A DNA stretch of 64,000 nucleotides from Podarcis pityusensis. Its lineage: Eukaryota. Of the stretch, positions 40,201 to 51,700 are shown piece after piece (position 1 is the stretch's first letter; each line of letters starts with the position of its first letter). Where the stretch lies: the NCBI GenBank assembly GCA_964106645.2, contig OZ067048.1; one strand, written 5' to 3'. Under the pieces are notes generated by a model, which made no database searches, had not been told where the DNA came from, and was given only the letters and a program-made list of their open reading frames with translations. The translations under genes and the position numbers were made by a program.

Positions 40201-42389
40201 TCTGCTTTCCTTTGGACCACAGCAGCGAGGCCAAGAGGGGGCGGTCTTGTCATCTGGGCATCCCAGGACCTCCATACACACTGCTCAGGCTTATGCCCCA
40301 GGGAGGTCACTTTGGTGCTGCTAACTCAGTGTTTTGACTTCACCTCTGGAAGAGCACTCCATTGTCTCTTGAGGTAGACGGATGCCAACAAGTATTACTC
40401 TGACAACCGGGGTAGATATTTTTTACAAAATGTATTAATGAACTGCATTTTTAATATAGCAGTCACGTGAACTGGAAGAAAAATTGAATGAAGTTAAGCA
40501 GAGAAGACAATGTAAGTTTTTTAACCGTAGTGAAATATTGGTTTCCCTTTGGTATCTTATAAAGGTGGTGTGCCATGAAAATGAGAGTGTGTTGGAAACA
40601 TTATCATTCCACCCAATGATGGATGTGCACATTATAAATTCTCATGGATAGTCAGTTTGGTGGTTAGTGCAAAAGGGGTGTGGTAAGGAAGGTGCCCCAA
40701 GAACAGTATAAAGGCCACATCACAGTAGCATTGTGTGCAATTACACAGGTGGTAAGGCTTCTTTCTGTGGGCATTCAAGAACAATAACAGAAATAGGTAA
40801 GCATCCCCACAAAGTTTTCCGTTAACTCCTCCAATTCTGGTTTTACTGGATGATTACTGCCACTTGCTTTACTCATACAGTGGTACCTCAGGATGCAAAC
40901 GGGATCCGTTCCGGAGCCCCGTTCACATCCTGAAGCGAACGCAACCCGTCTGGGGGGGGGTCGCGATTCGCCGCTTCCGCGCATGCGCAAGACGTCATTT
41001 TGAGCATATGCGTGAGCGGCATCGGTCCAGCTTGCTTCTAAACAGCCTGGCACTCCCTGCTCAAAGTTTGCTTTTACTATATAAGATCACTTACCTTTGA
41101 TTTTTGTTCACTACTCAGTGCTGACTTACTACTTTTTACAGTGTTGAAATGCAATACTTGCATTGTAGTAGCTTCTTTAAGTGTTTTGTAGCTCGTTATT
41201 GGTTGTATTAATACTATGCATGCCCATAAATCTGCTCTGGAAGGTCCCCCAACCCTGTGGAGCAGCTTTTGAGGGTGTACAGATGGCTGCAGGAGGGGGG
41301 AAAAGGAAAGGGAATTGAAGTTGTGTCAGATGGAAGTCTGTTCTGCTCACGAAACAGCAGCATTGGATAAAACTCTACATGTGTTTAGAGTTCTAACGGT
41401 TTAAGCATGGTGTGTGGAATGGAGGCATACAGCCATACCTTGGAACTTGAACGGAATCTGTTCCGGAAGTCCATTTGGCTTCCAAAATGTTCAAAAACCA
41501 GATCATGGCTTCTGATTGGCTGCAGAAGCCTTGTTGGACATTCGGGTTCCCAAAGAACGTTCACAAACCAGAACAATCACTTCCAGGTTTGCGGTGTTTG
41601 GGAGCCAAAACTTATGAGTTCCAGGGTGTTCGACAACCAAGGTACAACTGTATTTCTTTATTTTAAAACCGTGTCATAAATCACTCACTACAAAGCCTCT
41701 TCTTGCACTAGGGTTTGGGAAATAATCAAGTTCATAGTTTCATATTTTTCTCCTCATAATTCAATAGCACTAAAGCAAGCTATGGATTGCAAACTGGCAG
41801 ATATACATAATATGAATATGAAACGAAAAGAGGAACTGGACAATATGGAAGTGAGTGAAATGTTGAAGAAGGCCCGTAGAAATCTGCAAAAGGAAATTGA
41901 GATGACGACATTGATTCAAAACATCTTCCAGGTAAAACTGCCTCTGAGAAGGACAGATTAGTTCATTTTGATCACCTATGACAAATCTGTACTAAATATA
42001 AATTGAGTCAGTTTATATCCTACTAGCAAGAATGACTTTACTGATGAGAAAGCTGCTTTTACTGGGGAATTTTGTGATCTATTGACAGTTTAATATATTA
42101 AACTTTTAAATTTCTGTGCATAGATGGAGAATGACCAAACGTATAACTTGCACGATGCATGACCACTTTCTTTTATCAGCCCACATTTTTTCCCCTTTTT
42201 TAGTATTGACATCCTGAAGAGAGTTCCATTTGCTATTGGGAGCATGAAGTAGCTGAAGTATTTCTTTAAAAGCTAAACAAATTGATTTTGTTTCAGAATC
42301 TCATTATTGGAAGTGAGGTCAATTGGGCAGAAGATCCAGCTTTGAAGGAAATTGTTCTGCAACTGGAGAAAAATGTGGCTAGAATGTGA
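31293..42389 (+). CDS. CENPH: Centromere protein H, 9 exons, 248 aa
   Basis: Exons 31293-31429, 33438-33493, 33768-33816, 35175-35249, 36503-36559, 38443-38506 (GC donor), 40460-40511, 41768-41931, 42297-42389 (747 nt, in frame). Coiled-coil protein ending IQNIFQNLIIGSEVNWAEDPALKEIVLQLEKN. Lies between CCNB1 and MRPS36 as expected from synteny. Confidence 0.93.
32794..33033 (-). mobile_element. 5'-truncated Sauria-type SINE
   Basis: AAAGGT tail at the left end. TSD CCCTGATTAGTTA (32781-32793, 33034-33046). Confidence 0.85.
33904..34162. mobile_element. Tc1/pogo-type MITE (CCGTATTTTTCGC family), short form
   Basis: TA-flanked TIRs and an internal ~30-bp-stem hairpin at 34003-34073. Confidence 0.85.
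35663..36190. mobile_element. hAT-type non-autonomous transposon (CATAGCTGTCAAC TIR)
   Basis: TIRs CATAGCTGTCAAC / GTTGACAGCTATG, perfect 8-bp TSD CATTTAGC and subterminal TAAGGGA repeats. Confidence 0.88.
37575..37697. repeat. (GTTT)n and (TAA)n microsatellites
   Basis: Read directly from the sequence. Confidence 0.85.
38681..40390 (+). mobile_element. Non-autonomous RTE-like retroelement (5' UTR-like segment plus 3' tail) interrupted by a MITE
   Basis: TSD AGTATTACT (38670-38678, 40391-40399). 3' end CATTGTCTCTTGAGGTAGACGGATGCCAACAA. The RTE assignment rests on recalled resemblance only. Confidence 0.55.
39198..40198. mobile_element. Tc1/pogo-type MITE (CCGTATTTTTCGC family), long form with a 90-bp tandem array
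   Basis: TIRs CCGTATTTTTCGCACCATAGG / CCTATGGTGCGAAAAATACGG with TA TSD. About 4.3 units of ~90 bp (39392-39780) and a ~158-bp duplication (39781-40080). Confidence 0.88.
41430..41650. mobile_element. Diverged Tc1/mariner-type MITE
   Basis: TA-CAGCCATACCTTGG ... CCAAGGTACAACTG-TA. Confidence 0.6.
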
Positions 42390-43439
42390 AGAAGCAGAGC
42401 AGTACATTTTCTATGGTCTGCTGATTCAGAGGAGAAGCAGTAGTCTGACAAGCTATTGTGACAAAGAGGTGTGTTTTCATAATCATAACTCCAGTGGCGC
42501 TTAATTATATTGATGCACAGATGGACTTGAAAACTTCCTGCTGTAAAATATGTTGCCTAATTTAATGGCTAGATTTGTTTGCTCTACCTTGGAAGAACCA
42601 TTCCAGTTTTATGGAAGGAGTTATTAACGGAGAGTATTGTAACTGCAACATTCTTCCCACCGCCTCCTCAATTTCCAGAGAAATTATTGGCTGTTGCCTT
42701 GGAACGAAGACAGAGCAACAGGTTTGCCTTTTAAATCTTATTTCCTGCTGGGAAGGCAGGAATGCCTTTCCTTACATTTTGACTTTCTTTACCACCTATA
42801 ACGAGCACATCATTTTTATGTGTGCCAGTGGAAAGCAGCTTAGCATTTTGAGGGATCATTTTTGTGATCATTTTTGTTATATTCAATGGATTTCCAAAGC
42901 CACTTCACTACATTGGTATGTTATGCATGTTTAGTTAACTGTTGTGCATTTAAATAGTTGGCTGCCGCTATTATTGCAGTGCCATCAGTATACATGTAAC
43001 ATTGTGCATTTAAGTGTTTCATTAAAAAGTTAGGTGCCTGACTCCAAGGAACTTGAAATCTAAAATAATGAGGAACATAATGAAGGGAAGGACAGGGGTG
43101 GAGAAATTTTACTGTAGAATGACCATAGGTTAGAATTCTTGTATTGTTTATACATGTTATGCCATAGTATTGGCTGCATTTGCAGTGAAATAAAATAGCT
43201 TTATGTGTTATCCTATATGGTTTGGAGGGTTCAAACCTCTTACAAGCTTAGCACTCATGGGAATAAGATGTGGCCCTCTTGTGGAAGGATGGTTATTGGT
43301 TTGGTTTGCTTTTATTGTATATTTTGCATCTTCATTTTGTATTTTTATGTTGTGAACCATTCTGTGGTCTTCACATGAAGGGTGGTATATAAATCAAAAA
43401 AATAACTCTTGTATATCAGGAATGGTTCTACGAAGGGAG

Positions 43440-43990
43440 GTAAATTGGTGGTGATTGGCCAGGAACAAGATCTTGGGGTCATGTTGATCCACTATATAGC
43501 AGTTGCAAAAAATATAAATTCCATGCTAGGGATCATTAGGAAAGAATTAAAAATAAAGCTGCTGATAGCATAATGCCATTATACAAATCTATATTGCAAC
43601 TGTATTCCTACTGCCCGTAGTTCTGGTTGCCTTACTTCAAAAATGATACTGTTGAGTTGGAAAACGTTCCAAAAAGTGAAAAGCAAAATGATCAAGGAAA
43701 TGGAACAATTCTCCTATAAGGAAAGGCTGCAGCATTTGGAGGTGTTTTTTAATTTAGCTAAGAGGTGACATAATATAAACGTGTGTGATGCTGCCATGGA
43801 GAAAGTGGATCAAGGCAAGTTCTTCTCCCTCATAACATTTGACTTGTAGCTATCCTATGGAGCCAAATGTTGGGAGATTCAGAACAGACAGAAGAAAGTA
43901 CTTCTTCACACAGCACATATTTAAAACCATGGAATTTGCTCCCACAAGAGGCAGCCACGACCACCAAGCCAGATGGTTTAAAGGAGAATT
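43440..43990 (+). mobile_element. Degenerate CR1-type LINE 3' fragment
   Basis: Recognisable CR1 RT-end motifs (GATCTTGGGGTC...GCTAGGGATCATTAGGAAAG...TACTTCTTCACACAGC) with many stops. Confidence 0.6.
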
Positions 43991-43995
43991 TAGGT

Positions 43996-44256
43996 CAGGG
44001 GTCAGCAACCTTTTTCAGCTGTGGGCCGGTCCACCATCCCTCACACCATGTGGTGGGCCGGACTATATATATTTTTTTGGGGGGGGAGAGAATGAACAAA
44101 TTCCTATGCCCCACAAATAACCCAGAGATGCATTTCAAATAAAAGCACACATTCTACTCATGTAAAAACACGCTGATTCCCGAATCATCTGCGGGCCAGG
44201 ATTGAGAAGGCAATTGGGCCACATCCGGCCCACGGGCCTTAGGCTGCCTACCCCCA
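43996..44256. mobile_element. hAT-type non-autonomous transposon (same family as 3362-3664)
   Basis: TIR CAGGGGTCAGCAACC and TSD ATTTAGGT/ATTTAGGC. Confidence 0.8.
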
Positions 44257-44305
44257 ATTTAGGCAAACCTTGGAGGATAAAGCCTACTGAAGGCTACCAA
44301 CCATA

Positions 44306-44313
44306 ATGGCTAT

Positions 44314-44353
<40 letters not shown>

Positions 44354-46207
44354 TTTTCCCTCCACTGTGTAAGATACAACCCAGATCTCAGAAACAACCC
44401 AGACATTATAATTAAAGAAGCAGACAAAGGTGGAGCTGTCGTCATCATGAACAAAACTGACTACATTCAGGAGGCTCACAAACAACTTTCCAATACCGCC
44501 TTTTACACAAAATTGGACTCAGACCCCACACAAGAATACAAGAAAGAACTGAACAAGATTGTTAAGGAACTACCCCCACACATCCAAGAACAGATCCTCA
44601 CCAACACACCAACAGAACCTCGACCAGGAACTTTCTATCTTCTACCTAAAATACACAAACCAGGAAATCCAGGACGCCCCATCATTTCAGGTATTGGCAC
44701 TATTACAGTGGGTGTCTCCGGTTATATGGACTCTGTTCTGAAACCATATGCCATCAGTGCTCCCAGCTATGTACGTGACACCACAGATTTTCTGAGGAAA
44801 ATACAATCTTTAAATAATCTTCCCAACAATACTATACTAGCTACTATGGATGTGGAATCTCTGTATACCAACATCCCACACAACGATGGTTTACAAGCTA
44901 TAAGGAACACCATTTCAGATAAAACCACAGCGGACCTTGCCACCAAACTCTGCCAATTTGTCCTTACCCACAACAACTTCAAATTCGGTGATGACCTGTT
45001 CCTTCAGATCAGCGGCACAGCAATGGGCACCCGCATGGCCCCACAGTATGCCAACATCTTCATGGCAGATTTAGAACAACGTTTCCTAAACTCCTACCCA
45101 CTCAAACCTCTCTTGTACCTACGATACATTGACGATATTTTTATCATCTGGACACATGGTCAACAGACCCTGGATACCTTTCACCAGAAATTTAATGATT
45201 TTCACCCCACAATCAACCTTACAATGAATCAATCTATGCAAGAAATACATTTTTTGGACACTACTATAAAAATACAGGATGGGCGCATAGACACCACCTT
45301 ATACCGTAAACCAACTGACCGACAAACATATCTACATGCCTCTAGCTACCATCCCAAACATACCAAACAGTCCATTGTATACAGCCAGGCACTACGTTAC
45401 AGCCGCATCTGTTCCAATTCTACAGACAGAGACTCCCACCTAAGAGATCTACAGCAAACCTTTTCAGAACTAAAATACCCAGCAGATGAAGTTAGACAAC
45501 AGATCAACAGAGCCAGACTTATACCCAGAGAGAACTTGCTGCAAGACAGACCCAAAAAAGAAAATAACAGAACACCTCTAGTCATCACATACAGCTCCCA
45601 AGTTAAAACAGTACAACGCATCATCAGAGATCTACAACCTCTCCTGAACAATGACAGTTCTCTTTCTCAAGCTCTGGGAGGAAGACCTTTCATTGCCTAC
45701 AGACAGCCACCCAATCTTAAACAACTCCTAACCCACAATAATACTACAACCAGACTTAACACGGACACTGGCACCAGAGCCTGCAATAAACCCAGATGCC
45801 AACTTTGCTGCCACATACACCCGGACAACACCATTACTGGCCCCAACAACATCACACATACCATCTCGGGACTATTCAATTGCTCATCATCTAACATTGT
45901 GTATGGCATCAAATGCCAACAGTGTCCTTCAGCTCTCTATATTGGACAAACAGGCCAAACCTTACGCCAAAGAATAAATGGACATAAATCTGACATCAAG
46001 AATCACAAAACAGAGAAACCAGTAGGAGAACACTTCAATCTCCCAGGACATTCTATACAAGATCTCAAAGTAGCTGTTTTACTACAAAGGAATTTCAGAA
46101 ATAGACTGGAAAGAGAAACTGCTGAATTGCAACTCATTACCAAACTTAAAACCATGGAGACACCTGGTTTGAACAAAGACATTGGATTCTTATCCCATTA
46201 TACATGA
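44306..46207 (+). CDS. Penelope-like reverse transcriptase / GIY-YIG endonuclease (element-derived part starts near 44381)
   Basis: ADKGGAVVIM, YLLPKIHK...GRPII, DVESLYTNI, GTAMGTRMAPQYAN, RYIDD, Cys-rich linker CNKPRCQLC, and VYGIKCQQCPSALYIGQT...RINGH...GEHF...GLN. Confidence 0.9.
44314..44346. repeat. (CT)n microsatellite
   Basis: Read directly from the sequence. Confidence 0.9.
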
Positions 46208-46505
46208 CTAAGCCATTTCTCACCTTCTCACCCCTTGCCTTTTCCTGTAAGACCTATTACAGTCGTTAAGAGTCGTCAGCAGGCTCATCTCAGCTATCTC
46301 CCATTCCCACCACCCTTCTGAGTAATACCCCTCCCCACCTTCTCACTATATAGAAGGATCTGGCAACTTCTGTTTCAGTGTATCTGAAGAAGTGTGCTTG
46401 CACACGAAAGCTCATACCAAGAACTAACTTAGTTGGTCTTAAAGGTGCTACTGGAAGGATTTTTTTATTTTGACTATGGCAGACCAACACGGCTACCTAT
46501 CTGTA
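44379..46505 (+). mobile_element. Penelope-like retroelement (Neptune-type), 5'-truncated, young
   Basis: Uninterrupted RT plus GIY-YIG ORF, a 3' terminal region containing a hammerhead, and a 15-bp TSD ACTGTGTAAGATACA (44364-44378, 46506-46520). Confidence 0.93.
46380..46417 (+). ncRNA. Minimal type I hammerhead ribozyme
   Basis: GTAT-CTGAAGA-A-GTGTGC-TT-GCACAC-GAAA-GC-TC^ATAC. The core is intact, helix II has 6 bp, helix I is GTAT/ATAC, and palindromic AGCT replaces helix III. Predicted cleavage is after C46413. Confidence 0.8.
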
Positions 46506-46568
46506 ACTGTGTAAGATACAGTACAGGATGGGAGAGAGCAGTTCTGGTTGCAGACTTGTCGTAGGTAT

Positions 46569-47591
46569 TGTAAGAATTTAAGGTCTAAAAAAGGTAAAGG
46601 TAAAGGGGCCCCTGACCATTAGGTCCAGTCGTGACCGACTCTGGGGTTGCGGCGCTCATCTCGCTTTACTGGCCAAGGGAGCCGGCGTACGGCTTCCAGG
46701 TCATGTGGCTAGCATGACTAAGCCACTTCCGGCGAACCAGAGCAGCACACGGAAACGCCGTTTACCTTCCCACTGGAGTGGTACCTATTTATCTACTTGC
46801 ACTTTGACGTGCTTTCGAACTGCTAGGTTGGCAGGAGCAGGGACTGAGCAACGGGAGCTCACCCCATCGTGGGGATTCGAACCGCCGACCTTCTGATCGG
46901 CAAGCCCTAGGCTCTGTGGTTTAACCCACAGCACCACCCACGTCAAGGCATGTACAAGGCAAACAGATACATAAACCACATGTCTGAATCAGTACAGGAA
47001 GGCAGTCTGGAAACCATTTTGACTCTCCCAAATTGACCAAATGTTTCTCTGCAAGGAGGGAGGAAATGTCTCTGTGCTAACCAATCCTGCCGTAAGGGCA
47101 CATTTAAGGTGTGAATAGGGTGAGCCTGTGACCTGGATTCAGGAATTAAGTAGTTATAATAAAAGAGTGCTCAAAACCCAGATAATGCATTCAGGTAACC
47201 TGCCAGACATAAACAACACACTCAGGATTCTGTTTTAGACTGCCCCCTGTGTTGTATGTATGATGCATTGTGGAAGGTGGTCCTGGGATACACCCCTTCT
47301 GTGATGTATGTATGATGTTTCTGGGGGGTGGTCTGGAGTTTGAGGGTGGGCAATTTACAAGGTCTCTATAAGGGCCTTTGTTCTGGGTTTCTCCTCCCTC
47401 CGGCATGTGGTGAGTGAGGACCCTGTTGCAACAGTTTAATAAAGATGAGACTTACTAGCTGCTTTGCTTCTCATTATTCTCTGGTTGGTCTCTGTTATTT
47501 TCTCCTACCGATGGAGAACCTACAAAAGGACTCTGTATGGGCTCTTGGGTACCCCATAAGGGAAAAGGAGCAGGTTTTTCTCCTCATAACA
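46569..47591 (+). mobile_element. Probable solo LTR interrupted by a SINE
   Basis: TGT...ACA ends with GTAT on both sides (46565-46568, 47592-47595), TATAA near 47367 and AATAAA near 47438. The left boundary is uncertain. Confidence 0.5.
46591..46942 (-). mobile_element. Sauria-type SINE, full length
   Basis: Reverse complement of the 5593-5943 family, with an (AAAGGT)n tail at the left end. Confidence 0.88.
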
Positions 47592-47750
47592 GTATCTAGT
47601 TGGCCACTGTGGGACCAGGATGCTTTTGAGGTGGGCCAAGGGCCTGATCCAGCAGGGCTCATATGAAGAAGTTCCCAACGGAAATAAATCCAGCAGGCCA
47701 TTGCTACTGGTTTCTTGATAGCTTTAGGACACCCCCGCCATCCATAAGAC

Positions 47751-47887
47751 CAGGCTTCCTCAACCCTGGCCCTCCAAATGTTTTTTGGCCTACAGCTCCT
47801 ATGATTCCTAGCTAGCAGGACCAGTGATCAGGGATGATGGGAATTGTAGTTTCAAAACAGCTGAAGGGCCGAGTTTGAGGAAGCCTG
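47751..47887. mobile_element. Short palindromic MITE (CCTCCAGATGTT / ACTACAAYTCCCA family)
   Basis: TIRs CAGGCTTCCTCAA / TTGAGGAAGCCTG, with CATAAGAC on both sides. Relatives lie near 15745-15866, 53240-53370 and 55934-56050. Confidence 0.75.
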
Positions 47888-48039
47888 CATAAGACCATCC
47901 TTTCTAGAGAATTAGCTTGCCTTGCACTAATGAAATCAATGGACTTGGAAAACAAAACACACTTTCCCTGTCCCAGTAGGAACTTTTTACTTATTTTTTT
48001 CCCTCGGCTGTTAAGGACAAAATGAGACAAAGCGAGTGT

Positions 48040-48750
48040 CAGGGGCCCGCCCAGGCTTGTCAGCTTGGACTCTGAGCAGTTCAGTAACGCGGCGTGTGGC
48101 GCCCGCCCGGCCTCTTCTTTCACGGAAGCCGCCCGACGGATCCGCTCCGTGCGCTGAGCGCCGCCGTCAAGGCCCCTCCCGTGGGCGGCGCTTCGCTAGG
48201 CCGCCGCCCGCTCCTCCTCGAAGCCCCGGCCCCCGTCGGCGCGCACTTTCTCCTGCCTGGGCCGGGCGGGCCGGCGGTCACCATGGGCAGCAAGATGGCG
48301 GCCGCCAGTAGGGTCGTTCAGGTAAGTCCTTTAAGGCGTTTCTGCCGCAGGAGACCCCGCTCCGGCTTGGCGCACGGCCGGGCCTCGCACCTCTGGGCCA
48401 GGCTTCGGCGTCCGGCGGCGGGGAAGCGGGTCCCTGGCCCCGTGGGACTAGCGGAGGCCGGTGCCCTTGGGCGGGCAGGGGGAGAAAGCGCAGGAGGGAA
48501 GGCGGTCGAGGGGGGATGCGCTGCCTGCCGACCTCGGGAGAGGAAGGCGAGAAAGCGGCTCGGCTGGGGCCTCGTCACCTTGGCGGCTTCGGAGGGAAGA
48601 GGCAGAGAGGTTTGTTGTGCAGCCTTTCCCGGTCGCTTCGCCTGTCCTCCGCCTTTGCCCCCGAGGGTCCCATCCCAAAGCAACAGGGTCGCAATGCTGT
48701 CCTACGGTGCACCATCATCGGCACTATCATCTTCCTCATCGCCTCGGGAT
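48040..48750 (+). promoter_or_regulatory. MRPS36 CpG island / promoter
   Basis: GC/CpG-rich. CGGAAG near 48123 and a YY1-like CAAGATGGCGGC at 48291-48302 inside coding exon 1. Confidence 0.65.
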
Positions 48751-51700
48751 TAGATCCTTCTGGACTCTGCAATTTAACTCCGGATTAAGTCTCTCGTCTC
48801 AGCCCTCGTGTCAATGACAAGCCTGTCAACTGTAAATAAGAGTTGAGTGAAATATCAGCGTTTGCAGTTCCCCTGGCAAAAGAGGGAAATAAACTGTTGA
48901 ACTGGACATGTTGACGAGCAGTTTGACCCCGTTTTTGCTCACAGGCAATGTCTGAAAAGATTTCTGGCTGGCTTGGTGACTTGGAGAGAAGTGGCTCAGT
49001 CCGTTTTTAGTGCTTGGCACAGCGAGCGGGATGGTGATAATAACCAAAATGACTGGCAGTTTCCTGCCCTTTAGCAGTAAGGTGGCTAGAGCACCTTACT
49101 TAAATATTTGTACATCTTAAGTTTAGGGTGGAAAAGCAAAAGGTGTATAGGGAAAGGCATTGTTTGGAGTGCGAAATAAGTTTTTCTTCCTCTTTCATAT
49201 TATTGGAACTCAGGTCATCCCATGGAATTGATATTTGGCAGTAGAACTAGAATAGCCATATATATATATATAAAACTAATGTGCACAAAGCATTCATTAA
49301 CTTAGGGAATTCGCTGCCACAAGTTGTGCGAAACTAGACTTGATGCAAAATGTGTCATTATTAGCCACTTATTTTATGCTTTAAATGAAAATAATGCCAG
49401 GAGTAGGAGGAGGTGCTTTTCATCAGTACTGCAGCTTGTAATTGAAGTTAGATTTAAGCCTTTCCATAACTGCAGTTCCAACAAAAATCCCATTTTCATA
49501 CTTGCCATTGGGGTTTGTTTTTTTTTAAATATAAACATCGTTGCTAACAATTCTTTTAGTGCCACTTCTAGTTTGGCTCTTAGATGGCTTTAAAAGGGAA
49601 TTAGAAAAAGGTAGTTTTCCTATCATAGTTCTGTCATGCAGGTTTCCCTTATTCCAGCACACTTTACTCTTGCAGAACATAACAAATGATCTACATTTCA
49701 GACATCACAGCAGCTATAGACTGCCACTTGTGAGCAACATTCTGTGAGGATAGCAAGTGATATACTTCCTGACCACCCCTTAGGTAAACAGTAAACAGAA
49801 CAAAAAACCCTTTCTTCTCTGCAATAGAAATAATAATGGATAAAGAAACACTTCTGGAGAAATCTGTGCAATTCAAGTATGACTACTGGACCTTGTACTT
49901 AGTGCTTGTTAACTATCCATGCAGATAAACCTGCTGCCTTTTGTAGTACAGTAGTCCACCAGCTATGTTTCATTTGTCTTTGGATAGCATTAGATTGTGA
50001 ATGAATAAGTGGGTAGTGTTTTTAGAGTTTACATGATAGGTTTTGTTCTTCACTGCGCCAACATTTCAAATGTAAAAGTTGAACTCTTCAAATGTCTTTG
50101 TATTTTGCTCCCAAGCAAGCCAGTTTGCATTGTATCCCATTCTACTCAGAAGCCATTGCTGTTGCCAGTGTTCTGTTCCAAAAGGAGTTGGGTTGGGCTC
50201 CCCACTAAAATGCCATTTAGCAACAGTGCTTGGTGTATTACACCTTTTCTTTGCAAGAAAATGTGAATATGTATATTGAATTGCTGTCCTAGTTATCTTA
50301 CATTGCCTTCCATTTACCTGTTTTACTCTAGGTAGTGAAGCCACATACACCCTTAATTAAGTTTCCAGACAGAAGAAGTACTCCCAAACCTACAAGTAAG
50401 TATCTCTTTTTGTAAATGTTTGTTAATTTTATCTAGTAATGTTTTATCTAGTAATGTTTAGGAAAAGTTTGCCATAATACCATCCCATCCCAGGCTTATG
50501 TATTTATAAGTATGTTTTATTGGATTCCATGTAACCTACTTCCATGTAAAAGTGCATAGGATCACAGCCTTAGTCACCATATTTCTTTTGCTTAGACTGG
50601 AAATTGATGTTAACTGACATTTGCTGTTTCTTTGAACATACCATTCCAAAATACCATTCCCCTTTTCACTTAAACAAAGTTATTTTTGTTATTTTTTCTG
50701 TAACAGAATAACGTGGCTATTACTCTGAATGCTTCATGATCTAGGGTTTCCTGAATATTTTTGCTAAAGTAAATGGTTTAGAACCTGTTGCTTGTTCCTT
50801 CAGTACAGGAGCCTCTACAGTCAAGAGTGCCTCTGCCTCATGGTTCAGCCTCACAACTCTCTGCAGGAGGTGGGCCGTCATCATCTACAAATATTTCATT
50901 CTCCAGTAGAATTCAAGGCACACCTGACACTTCAGAATTAGTAAAAACGTTACCTCAGAAATATAGAAGGAAACCCATGTCGGTGGAAGAGATGGAGTAT
51001 ATCCAAGTAAGGTCCCAGAGATTTCCTACATAATTTATTCTTTGCATTTGTTTTACTGAAATATCTATTATGTTGCCTTTCTTTTATAAATTGGACACAA
51101 GGTGGCCATTAAATGAAATAGTTTAAAAATAAAAGCCGAGGGCAGTCAATGGGAATGTCTGCAATCTAGTGCTGTGTTGATAAAACAATAACCAGCATTG
51201 AAACGGTTCCAACAGCCTCATAGCTGTTGGAACAATAAAATAAGCATTAGATGAAAAACCAAACTGTCAAAACCTAGATAATAAGACAGCCTAGTGTCTA
51301 GAAAAAATTAGGTTGCCAGGTTTATCTTTCTTGGGATGAAGTTCCACAGATGGGGCGCAACTGCAGAAAGGGCCCCCTTTCTCCTAACCTTTTCTAAACT
51401 TTACCAACAGGGGCACCCAGAGAAAGTTTCTGATGATAAAAACACAAAAACTCTGCTGGATCAGACTAGAGACCTATGGATAGTCCCCAAGAAGGACCTG
51501 TTGCCAATAGCTCTTTTTCATTATTGTTTTTCAGCAACTGGTATTCAGAGGCCTGGTGCTTCTGTTCCTGTAGATACTGTATATCACAATTATCATTATC
51601 ATAATCATTATCATCTATTATTTGTACCCTGCCCATCTGACTGGGTTGCCCCAGCCACTCTGGGCAGCTTCCAACACATATAAAAACATGTTTTAATGTT

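Noticed and set aside
39136-40377. 413-aa ORF with repeated PPPPRKARRSR motifs
   Set aside because: It arises from a GC-rich ~90-bp tandem array inside a TA-flanked MITE in CENPH intron 6 and crosses element boundaries. I recognise no protein domain.
48094-48817. Overlapping Arg/Pro/Gly-rich ORFs at CpG islands (also 2615-3094, 30962-31489, 56869-57294)
   Set aside because: Stop-poor GC-rich DNA. Only the short first exons of the annotated genes are supported.
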